Assembly: GCA_965649765.1 (NCBI GenBank)
Contig: OZ287749.1
Coordinates: forward strand, 89,652,001-89,716,000
Reading direction: 5' to 3'
Origin: Bispira polyomma
Lineage: Eukaryota
DNA: 64,000 nt
In this document: in pieces, positions 1 to 13,513 of the stretch
Layout of the letters: every line of letters begins with the position of its first letter
Position numbering within the stretch: position 1 is the stretch's first letter
The notes under the pieces: generated by a model
Database searches by the model: none
Seen by the model: only the letters and a program-made list of their open reading frames with translations
What the model was told of the DNA's origin: nothing
Position numbers and translations under genes: made by a program

Positions 1-800
1 TGTACCATTGGACAAATTTTCTGTTCGTTGCTTCTATCGCTTCCATGTGTTTCAAAGTTTTATTTCCACCTTTTAGGTCTTCAGAATACTTAAATTTTGC
101 TGTTTATTATAAAAAAAACAAACTTCATTTCTATCACTCATGTGGCGACAGTTGCCCCTTGTCTGAGCTATATTTCGGCAACTGTAATGCACAGGAACTT
201 TATATTTGGTATAATTTTATCATGGTTTAACTTTAGTGTGACCTTGACCCTGCTGCAGTTACCTTGACCCCTCAAACCTTGTCCAGACTATATCTTATTA
301 TCCCTACTACATTGAAAGCTCATATTGGGTATATATATTCCTTGGGGATAGGAACGTCATGGTCTGACCTCAGTTTGACCCTTGACACAGTGACCCTTAC
401 AGTACATTGATAACCTTGCTTAGAACGTGTACCTGGGTTATTTCTTGGCAACTGTACAGTGTAGGAAATTAACATTAGGTAGAAACACTAGTCAGGGGAT
501 GAGAGTATCAAATGTAATGATTTTACTTCTACGTGACCTTGGTGCACTGGCCTTAAACCCCGGAAATCTTGTTTTGGGCTAGATCTCAAAACCAGTAAGG
601 CAAAGAAAACCTATAATTGCTGTGAATGTGACATGGTGCGTGCCACCACCCAACATCATGGTTTGACCTTGTTGTGACCTTTACCTTGCCGCAGTGACAT
701 TGGATGGATGGGTGGGTGCTTACGCTAGGCTAAATGTTGCAAACTGCAACTCTTGATTACTATACTATACCCCAGTCTGTGGGGTACCAGCATCTCAGAT
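1..800. repeat. TGACCTTGA-motif-rich interspersed repeat, probably Helentron/HINE-derived
   Basis: Many GTGACCTT(GA) motifs at 236-270, 365-400, 532, 664-690; hairpin TACCCCA..TGGGGTA near 767-787. Confidence 0.45.
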
Positions 801-1559
801 GAAATTTTTGTAGGCTGTATTTTCAGATATTTTATACCAGCATTTTTAAAGAAGGCTTAAAGAAACTTGTACATTCTACAGGTAGATTGTGTAAAATAGA
901 ATTATAGAGCTCTTTGGTAAAAATCATTAATATTAATTTTGTGTTTGAAAAGTTGAAGTAAGAGCCTGAAAAGGTACATGAAAAATTAGCATTTTTTGTG
1001 CTACACATTTGATAAAACCTGCATTAATTATCAATTATCTATATATTTTGTTTCTTAGATTAAATCAGTATTTTGGTAATATTATAGGCACATTAATAGT
1101 ACATTTTAAAATCTTGTAGTATATATGTACCTGTGTAATTTCAGGAAGAAAAGAAATTGAAAAATTTCAAGCTCAATCACAACTGAAGGAAGTATGTGAT
1201 GTGGACTGGTGTCTGATAAAAACAAAAGTGTTTAATGAAAAAATAACACTGCAAAAAAAAATTAGAAAAACTTTGAAGTAAAAAGAATTGTTAGTTGGCA
1301 ACCAGTTCACTGCAAAAACATTTATTGTTGTGCACCTACATTTTGCTACTGGTGATTAGTCGGTTTGCCTTTTAATACACGTTACAGGTCATGATTAGTT
1401 GAGTATGTCCACTTACATTTTGCTGGTTTGACTAATATTCTCTAGTTGATTGCAATCCAGCTGATGCAATCAGCTTTTTTACCCAAATTAATCCTTCAGA
1501 ATAAAGGAAAACTGTTAGTTTGCATAGGAGTGATAATTTGGGGACATGGGTTATGTTTG

Positions 1560-1612
1560 GTTAAGCCGGATTTTCAAATAATGGGGGTTTGGATAAGCGA
1601 GAGTCCACTGTA
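1560..1612 (-). mobile_element. Orphan Tc1/mariner (pogo/Tigger-like) terminal inverted repeat
   Basis: Reads TA|CAGTGGACTCTCGCTTATCCAA on the minus strand; partner end not found. Confidence 0.4.
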
Positions 1613-1634
1613 TTAGAAGTTAGGATAATGTTAA

Positions 1635-3395
1635 TGTTTTAACTTCTATTGCGCCACAATCAATGACCAGGCATCCTCTGTGGTGCATATCCAAGTAAGT
1701 ATGCAAGAGCATAGTCCGGTTGATGGAAAAAGGTTCGTGATCAGAGAATCAGTCGTGACCATCGGACGCACGCTAGGGTGGAAAAGTGAGCTGATACAGA
1801 TGTGTTTTGAGCCTTTTTCTGAAACCCATGATGCTTGTCTCAGTCTGAAGACTGGTAGGAAGGCTATTCCACTCAGCAGGTGCTGCAACTAAAAATGATT
1901 TTGAACCAGCTTGTTTTTTTTGGTAGGATGCCAGAGGTGGAGAGACGATTGCCTCTGGTGAGATTGCTGAGAGACAGCATAGATGATAAGTAGGCAGGTT
2001 GATGCACATGGACTGTCTTAGAAATGAGGACAATTACCTTAAATTTAATACTAAACTAAATAGGTAACCAATGTAATTATTTCAGCAGGGGAGTAGTGTG
2101 AGTGCGAGGGCCAGCATGGCTTACTATTCTGCACAGGTTATTTTGTATTTTCTGTAGTTTGTTTATTTGGCCCTTTACAATTCCATATTGTAGTGAGTTA
2201 CAGTAATCTAGTCGACTTGATACCAGGGCATTTGCCACTGCAATGGCATTTTCTTGGGTTAAATGTCGTCGAATCCTGCGAAAGTCACGGATGTTGCCGT
2301 AGCAGGAACGACAGATATTCGAGACATGTTTTTTGAAGGAGAAGTCGGAGTCAAAGTAACTCCTAGGTTTTTCGCACTATCAGCAGGAACAGTGGTGTTA
2401 CCAAGGAGAGTAGCAGGGAAGAAGTCAAGAACCTTTTCCCTCTGATGTTTGGAGCCAATAAGTAGGAATTCTGTTTTGTCAGGGTTGAGTTTCAGTTTTG
2501 AATTACTCCAAGGGTTGAGATTCAGTTTTGAATTACTCCAAGATTCTATCAAAGGCAGGCAACTAGAAAGCTGTTCAAGGATCTGAGAACAATTTTTGGG
2601 AGTGAGGGAGCAGTAGATCTGTGTGTCATCTGCACAGAAGTGATAGCTAATATTGTGGTGTGAGGATATTATACTTGCGAGGGGAGTAGTGTAAAGTGAA
2701 AACAGAAGGGGCCCTAGGATAATTAGAATTAGAATTTGGATATTTAACGTCCACTCTAGTACCTTTTAATAGGTTATATTGGGACGGGTAGTTGGAAACA
2801 CTGGAGGAAACACTGCATACAGTTGATCAAGGTTCTGCAGAGAAACCAGCGGCCCACAGTAAGGAACTACCACCTTTCCCACATAGGCATCGACGGGATT
2901 CGAACTCACTCTGCCCAGAGGTGAGAGACCAGTGATTGGGAAGCGCAATGCTTGCTAGCCATTAGGTCACCGCGGAGAAGGGGCCCTAGGACAGAACCTT
3001 GAGGGACACCGAAAGGGAGATGAAAGGGAGATGACTTTGCTCCGTTGACCCTGATGATTTGATCACGGCATTCGAGATAGGATTCAATCCATTAAAGAAC
3101 CGAGTCAGATAGCCTGAACCAAGAATGGAGGCATTCAGAGAGTATCTTGTGGTCAATTGTGTCAAATGTAGCAGATAAATTGAGGAGGGTAAGGGCAACC
3201 ACACCACCCCTATCCAAGATCATAATGATGTCGGTGCTAATTTTTAGAAGTGCTGTTTCAGTTGAATGGAACTTTTTGTAGGCTGACTGGGGTGTATTTC
3301 CCATATGGTTGGAGTACAGGTGTTCATTTATTTGGAGAGCAACAGCTTTCTCAATCAATTTTGAGACAAAACTTAGATTTGATACTGGTCTGGAA
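1635..3395 (-). mobile_element. Degenerate L2/CR1-group LINE (RT + 3' end), frameshifted, interrupted by a SINE
   Basis: RT motifs QSAYKKFHSTETALL..LxLSAxFDTIDH, GVPQGSVLGP, LNPDKTEFLLIG, SAKNLGV, C-terminal AAPAEWNSLP...FRKRLKTHL. Confidence 0.9.
2720..2975 (-). mobile_element. Full-length tRNA-derived SINE with 16-bp TSD
   Basis: TSD AGAAGGGGCCCTAGGA at 2704-2719 and 2976-2991; A-box TGACCTAATGG, B-box GAGTTCGAATCC, (TTCTAA)n tail. Confidence 0.9.
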
Positions 3396-4527
3396 TTTTT
3401 GATTTTTACTGTCTGATAATAGAAGCTCTAGCATATTAGGAATATGTTAATTGCCTTATTTCAATGATGTTGCACTTTAGAAGATGCCTGCATTGATCAA
3501 ATTTGTTATTAAACAGTTACCAATTAAGCTCATGGACTGTTAACTCCACTTTATGAAAAGTTAGTGGGTCTGGTATGAGTGGGTATAAATGACTTTTAAA
3601 ATTGTTCGAAAATGTATGTTCCTAACCTCAGCAAGAGTAATGTAATATTTTGGGATAACTTTGTTTTAAAGTGACATTTAAATTAAAAAATTAATTACTG
3701 TTACAAAATTAACTTTTGTTATTTATAGAGTTTGCATTGTACATTATACCACAATGTAATTGCACTAACTTAAACTGTAAAAATATAATTAGCACAATAA
3801 TTAACATTAAAAATGTACACAAATGTGCGAGAAAATATAAATATAGGTCTTTGTGTGCAAATGTGTAAAACCTAATGTACAGGAAAATATAGATAGTAGT
3901 CTGTATTTGCAAATGTATAATAGTACTTAAAAGTAAGAGAAAAATAATTAATTTACTGCATTGAATTACTGAAGTGCTGAGAGTTTATGCAATTGTTTAA
4001 ATAATAAATATTCATGATAAAAATATTAGCAAAATGCATATTTTCTTTCTTCATGTAAAATGTACAATGAAGTAATGTGACTTGGAACATAGACAATTTT
4101 TTGGAGCAACAAAAAATATAAAGAAATAATTTTTGCAATTTTATAACTATCTTTGTTACTATTTGGTCCCGACGAAAATGATTTGTTGTTGACATTAGAA
4201 TCAAGGTGAGGCAAAATAATGCAATTTAGAAATATTAATATGTTTAGTCAAGCAGTAAAGGACCAATGATGAGTAGCAAACTTTGTTTTGTTGTATTGAA
4301 ACCTATTTATGTTAATTGGTATCTTTTGACATTTTGAAATTGTTTTAAAAGCCAAGATGGCCAGAATCTTAAAATGGTTTTACTAATTCAAAAGCGAAGT
4401 ATTGCAGATATCTTAAAGGTTTTGTATCGATGTTAACCATGTGTGCATAGCTCCCTATGAGTGGGTTTTGTGCCCACAAAAAAACAAGTTTAAAAAAAAA
4501 TTAGTAACAAATGTTGTAAACATATCC

Positions 4528-6410
4528 TGTATAGGTGGGTGTGTTTACTAAGATTTTAGGTGACCAAGTTGTTCTCTTATATATAGGTGGGCGTGTTTAC
4601 TGAGATGTTGGGTGACCAAGTTGTTCTCTATATATAGGTGGGCGTGTTTACTGAGATGTTGGGTGACCCACTTGTTCTCCATATATAGGTGGTGTGTTTA
4701 CTGAGATGTTGGGTGACCTAGTTCTCTATATATAGGTGGGCGTGTTTACTGAGATGTTGGGTGATCAAGTTGTTCTATATATATAGGTGAGTGTGTTTAC
4801 TGAGTTGTTGGGTGACCTACTTGCTTTCGATATATAGGTGAGTGTGTTTACTGAGATGTTGGGTGACCTAGTTCTCTATATATAGGTGGGCGTGTTTACT
4901 GAGATGTTGGGTGATCAAGTTGTTCTATATATATAGGTGAGTGTGTTTACTGAGTTGTTGGGTGACCTACTTGCTTTCGATATATAGGTGAGTGTGTTTA
5001 CTAAGATGTTGAGCGACCTACTTGTTTTCTATATATAGGTGGGTGTGTTTACTGAGATGTTGGGTGACCTACTTGTTTTCTATATATAGGTGGGCGTGTT
5101 TACGGAGATGTTGGGTGACCTACTTGTTCTCTATATGTAGATGGGTGTGTTTACTGAGATGTTGGGTGACCTACTTGTTTTCTATATATAGATGGGTGTG
5201 TTTACTGAGATGTTGGGTGACGTACTTGTTTTCTATATATAGGTGGGTGTGTTTACTGAGATGTTGGGTGACCTACTTGTTCTATATATATAGGATGGTG
5301 TGTTTACTGAGATGTTGGGTGACCTAGTTGTTCTCTATATATAGGTGGGCGTGTTTACTGAGATGTTGGGTGATCAAGTTGTTCTATATATATAGGTGAG
5401 TGTGTTTACTAAGATGTTTGGTGACCTACTTGTTTTCTATATGTAGGTGGGTGTGTTTACTGAGATGTTGGGCGACCAAGTTGTTCTCTATTTATAGGTG
5501 GGTGTGTTTACTGAGATGTTGGGTGACCCGCTTGTTCTATATATAGGCGGGTGTGTTTACTGAGATGTTGGGTGACCTACTTGTTTTCTATATGTATAGG
5601 TGGGTGTGTTTACTAAGATGTTGAGCGACCTACTTGTTTTCTATAAATAGGTGGGTTTGTTTACTGAGTTGTTCGATGACCCACTTGTTCTATATATATA
5701 GGTGGGCGTGTTTATTGAGATAATGGGTGACCTACTTGTTCTGTACATATAGGTGGGTGTGTTTACTGAGTTGTTCGATGACCCACTTGTTCTATATATA
5801 AAGGTTGGTGTGTTTACTGAGTTGTTGGGTGACCTACTTGCTTTCGATATATAGGTGAGTGTGTTTACTAAGATGTTGAGCGACCTACTTGTTTTCTATA
5901 TATAGGTGGGTGTGTTTACTGAGATGTTGGGTGACCAAATTGCTCTCTATATACAAGTGGATGTGTTTACTGAGATGTTGGGTGACCAAGTTGTTCTCTA
6001 TATACAAGTGGGCGTGTTTATTGAGATGTTGGGTGACCTACTTGTTCTGTACATATAGGTGGGTGTCTTTACTGAGTTGTTCGATGACCCACTTGTTCTT
6101 TTTTATAGGTGGGCATGTTTATTGAGATAATGGGTGACATACCTGTTCTGTACATATAGGTGGGTGTGTTTACTGAGTTGTTCGATGACCCACTTGTTCT
6201 ATATATATATAGGTGGACGTGTTTATTGAGATGTTGGGTGACCTACTTGTTCTGTATATATAGGTGGGTGTGTTTACTGAGATGTTGGATGACCTAGATG
6301 TTCTCTATATATACGTAGGTGTGTTTACTGAGATGTTGGGTGACCTACTTGTTCTCTATATAGAGGTGGGTGTGTTTACTGAGATGTTGGGTTACCTACT
6401 TGTTATTGTG
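4528..6410. repeat. 51-bp minisatellite, ~37 copies
   Basis: Unit ATAGGTGGGTGTGTTTACTGAGATGTTGGGTGACCTACTTGTTCTCTATAT; explains the 17-aa-repeat ORFs. Confidence 0.97.
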
Positions 6411-6480
6411 CCCTTGTTCAAGATCAATAAAGACTAGAACATGCAGTAGTGAATAGCCTGATATGTACTTTTATAGTTTT

Positions 6481-7706
6481 TTAATTAGGTAGGTATCCCT
6501 ACCTTATATGATATACTGGCTCTCCTAAACAACGCCTAGCAACAATTTTGGGACAACGTAATCTCAGAACTTATAAGGACATCGGCTTTCATATTTGGCA
6601 TACATGTTAAGTCGGTTTCAAAGAGGCACCATTTGTAAATTCGTGTTAATTTAACCAGAATTAAGGGAGAAACAGTTATTTTTCAGCCATTTAACACACA
6701 AAGAGACAGGTTTGTGATCCAATGTGAGACTGTGACGTCATTCACTTGTTCAAGGCTTGTAATTTATTTTCCGTCTTGTGAGAATAAATTATGTGATCTA
6801 ATCAGCTCTTTCATTGATGGACATTTTTTGTGAATGAAAAGAGAGTACAGAGTATGGTCACATGATCTTGTGAGCATGCGCAGTGATTCAATCAATACCC
6901 TCTTGCTAATTTATTCTCACAAAGACATATACTAGAGATAGATGTACTTATTAAAACAGAAATCAGGAATGGCCGTATGCAATTGTAAAATGCCAGTAGT
7001 TCCAAATAAGTAAACTGATCACATCAATTTGTTTCAGAATATATGCTTTTATATTTGAGCTATTGTAAGTAGTTAACATATTAAATGCAAATTAATAAAT
7101 AATTAGGGGATATTTTTATATTTTAGGGTTAAAGAAGAGCTTAATTTTGTAATTTCGAAATTGCACACGAACTTGCAATATGCAGTCACGTCTGTTCGTT
7201 GTCTTTGATCTTTTCTTTAATATTTCCGGAAACAGCTACGTCACCAGACTCGTTTTGACTGTGTATAAGAAAGATTGCTTTTAGGATTATATAATTATAT
7301 AAACGTTTTCAAAGGTATGGTTTCTATTTATTGTGTGAGTCGTGTCTACAATAAGATGGTTATAGCGTGGATCCGCTAATTTTTTTTAAGTCAATGAAAA
7401 TGAGCCAAGAAAATGAGCCAAGAAACTGTGAAGGTAGTAGTAAAAGCTACTATTTTAAAGATTCATATGACTATAGAGAGTAATTTATACACTTTCTGAA
7501 ACTTTTTTACAAAATTCAATTTCGTTCTATACTCGCTGTAATGTACTGTAAATTCTATCTGGCAGTCATTGGGTATTTTATTTTATTATCGAGAGAAATC
7601 TGCGTACCATTTTCTATATACAAATTATAAATGTTAAGGAATGTTTGCTCTGTCCCAAGTCAGAGTCCTACCTAATTAAGCGACCAATATTATTGGTCGC
7701 AATTGT
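6481..7706 (+). mobile_element. Helentron-associated non-autonomous element (HINE/DINE-1-like)
   Basis: subTIR TTAATTAGGTAGG (6481-6493) with adjacent IR CCTACCT; reverse subTIR 7667-7679; perfect 3' stem-loop GCGACCAATA-T-TATTGGTCGC (7680-7700); T-run at 5' flank. Confidence 0.8.
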
Positions 7707-8139
7707 CATCTTGTTTACACTTTATATCTTATTCAATAATGTGAATGGTAAGAATAAGTTTATATAGAACAACAATTTTTTGTGATGTCATCATATTTCT
7801 TTATAAATAAACCATTATTTAATGTTTTATGTGTAGTTTTATTTTACTTGTTTATATGGCTAATTTATCTTCCCAAGCTTAATGATGCTTAGTTTGCAAT
7901 TTTTGTATTTATTATCACAGCTGCAACATGTTAGCCAGGATATAGGAACGGGTCCTATCTGCCCATCTGTTCTTGCTTCTGTAATAAAAACTGCTTCCAT
8001 ATAGTTTTCATTTTTGATAACATACAGTCACATCTGGTTTATAGGTATTCAAACTGAACTAAGTGGACAAATTCACTCATTTCCTTTCAGAACTATATCT
8101 CTTTTATTCTCCATAAAACTGTTATCTTGCATACATTTC

Positions 8140-8412
8140 AATCATAGTTTTTTATATGCTGCACCCAAGTTATGGACTGACCTGCCACAAGATATTAGAT
8201 GCTCACCTTCTCTTTCAACCTTTAAAAGTAAGCTTAAGACCAATATCAAAAAGTTTATCCCTCCTCACACGGTCTTACCATTATAGATTCTCTGGTGACG
8301 ACCCTTTTTTTCGTTCACCACAACACGATTACTGAATAATGACTCTGATTTTTGTGCCTTAGATTCTGCTAGTATAGTGATTAAGCGCCATTATGGAATT
8401 GATTAAATAAAT
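8140..8412 (+). mobile_element. 5'-truncated L2/CR1-group LINE 3' end
   Basis: SFLYAAPKLWTDLPQDIRCSPSLSTFKSKLKT plus 3'UTR with AAGCGC motif and (TAAA)n tail; similar relics near 10500-10700, 48740-48845, 50100-50420, 53575-53718. Confidence 0.8.
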
Positions 8413-8988
8413 ACACAGTTGTTAATGTCACACAATATAATTGACCTTGTAATATTCATATGTAGTAGTTAATCATTATGTCATGGTTTGGGATTCTCTT
8501 GTTATTTTTACTAAGTATTTGATTTACTATGTCAAAGTACAATTCCATTCACTGGACTATATAACAAAAAATTATCCCAATACATAACACACGATACCAA
8601 AAATACATAGCATGCATATACAGACATATATTTGTATACTTATATAAATTCAACAATAAGGCAACATTTTGATAATATGGCAACCTGTTGCCTTATTACT
8701 GCTGTGTTGTAGAGTAAATGACGGTAATATGGCAACAATAATATGGCAACACCATATATGACAATAGGGCAACACAAAAAGCATATGTATTCAGTTTATA
8801 GTTTTTTTTAATTTTTTGTAACATATAATTGTAAACCACTTACTACTAAATGATTTTCTGCTAAAATATTCTTAAAATCATAAAAAAGAAATATAAAAAT
8901 TATAATATTCCTAAATGATGCCATATTACCAATATGTTGCCACATTGCTGGGTATATCCGGAGTGTTGCCATATTACTGTCTATGTAG

Positions 8989-8989
<1 letters not shown>

Positions 8990-9049
<60 letters not shown>
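8990..9049. repeat. (TA)n microsatellite
   Basis: About 30 TA units; others at 30602-30637 and 31709-31727, (CA)n at 32056-32083. Confidence 0.97.
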
Positions 9050-9055
<6 letters not shown>

Positions 9056-9584
9056 ATATTTACAGAGCTTGACATACATTCACACAGTGCTCATTTCTAC
9101 TTGTGTAGTAATTTCTTATGTTTCTGTGTGATACTGTTTGATCCTGTACAATTAAAATTTGATTATGGGTCCTAGGCCCTGAACTAGAATATATCTACAT
9201 ATCTACCTAATATACATGATACATTGTTTGTGATTAAATGTCTTAAAACTATCATACAAGAGACTCCTGTTGAATTATTTTCGAAATCCAACAAGTGTTC
9301 CATAAGAGAACACTAACTCTTCGATCAGGCTTCACTGAACATGCAGATTATTTTTCATTTCATTCTCTATCAGAAATATCCAAAATATGGGTTGTCAGTA
9401 TTTTTCTTGTACTTCATATGATTCTACCAGTAGAAAGACTAGTTTAGTTTGAAAAGTGTTTACAAGAACCAAGTAAAAGATGCACACTCACAATTTGTCA
9501 TAAGCAAAATATGTTTTAACCAGTTGGCTCACGTGAAAAGTTTCCCTGAACTCACGGGGGCTCGATGGGTTAAACTAGAATCAC

Positions 9585-10390
9585 CAGCTGGTTTCACTTT
9601 CGTTTTACTGTTAGAACCTGATAATGGGGTTATGAATCACAGCTACAATTAATAGGCCAGATAAGAGCCTTGTTTAAAGCTCTATTTTCCTGATATAATT
9701 ATAAATTCTAGTCATATGAATGCACACACATTATAAAGTTAAACCACGCTGTTATATATAATTTCCATTCCTCAAATGGCTCCACTGGCTACTGATGAAG
9801 TTTCATATTTAATTTTAGTTAAATGTTCTGAGGCAATTTTCAAAGCAAAAAGACAATTTACAGTTCCTTCCAGTACCTCTTTGTACCGCCTCCCATACCG
9901 CCAAAATGAGAACAGGCCCTAATTCTGGTGAAGGAGCTTTTTTCTGTTATACAGGGAGTATCAATATCAAAAAAATATTAGACAATAGCTTTTTTGTCAC
10001 AAAATGTTTTTCAAATACTTAATATTTTCTGAATCAAATTGATGTTTCCGAGATATTTTGTTATTAAAATGGAGGATTTCATTATCATCAATAGGGCACT
10101 ATATAGTTGATTGAGTAATAATAATAAAATCGGTTCTTATGGATTTGGCAATGAAGTCTACCAAAAAATAATCATCGGCTGGTTTCACTTTCGTTTTACC
10201 ATCAAACCTGACAATTATGATATGAATCACAGCTACAATTTAGGTCATCAGAAAAACAGAGCCTTACACAAAGCTCCATTTTCCTTATATAATTAAATTC
10301 TAGTCACATAAATGCACATATATATGATTATTGTTAAACCACACTGTTATATATAACCCCTGCTTTTCCAAAGGCGCCACTGGCTACCAA
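9585..10390. repeat. Diverged ~200-bp direct repeat pair (9585-9795 and 10177-10390)
   Basis: Shared GCTGGTTTCACTTTCGTTTTA...TATGAATCACAGCTACAATT...AAATTCTAGTCA...CCACTGGCTAC. Confidence 0.8.
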
Positions 10391-10954
10391 TCATGAGTGC
10401 CTCTTTTGATTAAATATCCTCAAATTTAAAGCTGTTTACTTATCATCATCTGTTGTATCTCATATTCATGACATTATTTTTCATTAATCTCACTGGAGGA
10501 AATCATCTCTCCACCTCTTAGTTTTAGCCAAAAACACAAACAAAACCAGGTTCCATATCATTCAAAGTCAAAGCACCTTTTTATTGGAATAGTCTTCCTG
10601 TCAGTACCTTTATGGAAACAGCAAAGATTACTGAGTTCCATAAAAACAGTTCAAACCCTCTTCTGAATCAACTCGCCTTTCCTGCCATAATATATGATTG
10701 TGGTTGTGACTGGACTCTTTGACCTTTTGAACCTTTTTCCTTTAATCAGAATTCCTTTTTAATAGATTTTCATTAGGATATGCAGTCCAGAAGATACCTG
10801 AGCATTGGTTGTGGCACTCTAGAAGTTTAAGATAAATATATACATAAATAAATCGTGATATTTTCGTTATAGCTGGGAAGAAATTTGTAGATACTTGTGT
10901 GAGTATCTTAAGAAAAATGTCTTGTGAATTAAATGAGGCTGTCCACATGCAGTT

Positions 10955-11165
10955 TTTTATCAGGCTCAGCCTGATGTTGTTTTTACTCTGAAAAGGACGC
11001 CGCCATGTTAGATATAATATGTAAGGCCTTCATGGATTGGTTAAAAGCAATCGACCTGTCCAAACTGAGGGGTGTCAGATTTGCCTCAGTATATAATTGA
11101 CATATCAACTTTAGTGTATTTCACACTGAGTGCCTGTGTCTTTTTTTAAAAGACAACTTTTGTTT
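10955..11165. repeat. Dispersed repeat, second copy at ~31385-31610
   Basis: Shared TTTTTATCAGGCTCA...CGCCATGTT...GTAAGGCC...CCAAACT.AGGGGTGTCAGAT...AAAGACAACT. Confidence 0.7.
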
Positions 11166-11627
11166 TGTTATTTCCTAGTTCTATATATGTCATAAAAGGG
11201 TGCAAATAATCGCGTTCTGTAAAATATAAAACTACAGTCGAACCTGTAGTCGTGACTATTATCAAAGAGAAACCTCAAATTTAGAAATTAGAAATTCTAG
11301 AGACTCTACCAACTACCACATTTTTAAAACTCATAAAAAGGGGCACCTGTCACCCAAAGGTTGAGATTGAGTTGAGTTAGGGGCAATATAAGAAAACACC
11401 TTGTACGCTGGGAGATCGCTAAAGTTGCTCATAAATCCAGCTTGACGAGATGCAGGTTGCTTTAGATCGCCTAGATTGTGAGATAGTCGCTAGCCAAAGT
11501 TGTAAGGCAAATACTTGATTGTTATATGTTGGTATGTATAGTGTTTATTTTGTTTTGTTTCTATCAAGGTCACTCACTCTTTTTTTTTTTACTTTATACA
11601 CACATACTGTCGAGGAGTAGTCTATTT

Positions 11628-13314
11628 CTGGGACCATACTCACCAAATCATCTCAAGTCCAAGTCAGAGTCAAGCTCAAATAGCAGCGGCGGTATTCTCG
11701 TAAAAAAAACTTAAGTTCAAAATCAGACTCAACTCTAAATTTTGTCTCAGTTGCTACGGTGATTATATTTCAATCTCAAATTTTGTTTTCTCCAGAATTT
11801 TGCTCAACTCAAGCTAAAAGTTGAGCAAGGCTGTACCTGCCTCAATTGTAACAATAATTGTATTCAAATAAATATAAACAAAATGATCATGTAACCACAA
11901 GTAATTTTGATTAGTTTGTTCTTATTTTGAATCTGTGCCTAAATTTCTAGACGTGCGTCTGAGCTACGAAAAATCTCAGCTTAGCTTGAGTAAAAATGTG
12001 TTTAAGAATACCAAATTGGGAAAATACTCACAAATCTCAGAGTTAGGTCTGATTTTAAACTTTTTATTTAATTTTTTTTTTCAGAATACGACCACTGGTC
12101 TGGCAAAAATGTACAGCTAAGTTGGACAGAAGAAGTTTGCTAAGCCGACCTCCATTCCTCCTAAAACCTAGATTAACCAAACTAAACTGATACATTATCA
12201 GCAAGGTGATGCTAGATAAATTATCACGAGTGGGGTTGTAACATTATTTGCTTGATCATTTGATTTTAATACCTATCATATGTCATTTCCTGCTGCACAT
12301 TTTTTCGGTAAAAACGATGACATAGTACTTACAGTGTTTAGAAATAAAATATAAAACAAATGCTTATAAATCGATCGGCCTTTGTCCATGAAGAGTTTTA
12401 AATTTGGATTTAGTCTTAGAAAGAAAAAGTTGTCTCAATGTGGGTCTTTATTCACCCGAAAAGTTTAGCAATTTTTTTTTTCTTTTTGTCCTAAGGCCTG
12501 GTCTCATTGAGACGTGTGTCCTTTACCCTTCGTATCAGGTGGTTACGCCACTTTTCTAGTTTTATGCGACAAAAACATCCTCCATCGCCCCCTCACTTCC
12601 CAAAAATTACTTTCACCAGACGAAGCTAAGGCTTGTTCCAAACCAAACTGTGATGGCCTTTCTGCAGAAATGCCACCTGCCCTCCACTAACATCCATTAA
12701 TGAGAAAACAGGACATAACAAACCTCTAGTAATACATCAATAAGCACAATGATGGTTCACAAACTGCTACCAATTGACACAAACACGAAATCAGCCACAA
12801 CAAACTAACACAACCTGCTACTGATGAGACAAATATTTTTTTTAAATGCCTTAAGTTTTACTGAAAAGGGAAATATGTATCTGTTTAAATTAACTTTTCG
12901 ATTAACGTACATAAATATGTTTAAATATGTTACACTTGTTAGTATGAGCATATATGTTGATATTTGTCTTAAAAAGTGATATAATTTCCCATGTATACTT
13001 TCCTATAAATTCGTAATTTATTAAAAATGTGTAAATGTTGATAAAAGGGGGATACATTTTTTTAAAAATAGAACATATGCACCTTTGCTTGAGAAATAAA
13101 ATACTCATAAAATGATATTTACACAAAAATCTAATGACATTTTAACAGACAAGTGTTGAAACTTTTAATTGTGACAAAGTGGTCTTAGTTTAGACAAATA
13201 TGTGAATATCAACTTTAGAGTTTGTCAAAATACTTAAGAGTTTGACAAAAAAGTCTTTAAGTTAAAGCCTGTGTTTTGGTTGAGACTTAAGACTTCTTTG
13301 TAAATACAGCCCCA
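11628..13314. mobile_element. Degenerate Harbinger-like non-autonomous element(s), possibly nested (inner ~11686-12095)
   Basis: Imperfect IR pairs CTGGGACCATACTCACCAAA / TTTGTAAATACAGCCCCAG and GGCGGTATTCTCGTAAAA / TTTTCAGAATACGACC. Confidence 0.4.
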
Positions 13315-13513
13315 GGTATCATATTAAGTGCAAATATCTTCTTCTTTTTTTAAGTTGTATTCGCCATTTTTGAACAATGTTATACCCTTTTTATATATGC
13401 ACGTGATACGTGTGTTTAATCAGACCGTAAAAATAAACACAGTGTAAAATCGCTAACGCTAAACAATATTTAGTGTTTACATGTATATGAGCTATTTCAC
13501 ATCAGCGATTCAT

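Noticed and set aside
4528-6410. CRISPR-like array or repetitive Cys/Trp protein (ORFs 5022-5327, 5889-6125)
   Set aside because: Head-to-tail units without unique spacers, no cas genes, eukaryotic context; the ORFs arise because the unit is 51 bp and are broken by frequent indels.
12360-12700. Transposon accessory (Myb/THAP) coding remnant
   Set aside because: No motif could be recovered in any frame by eye.
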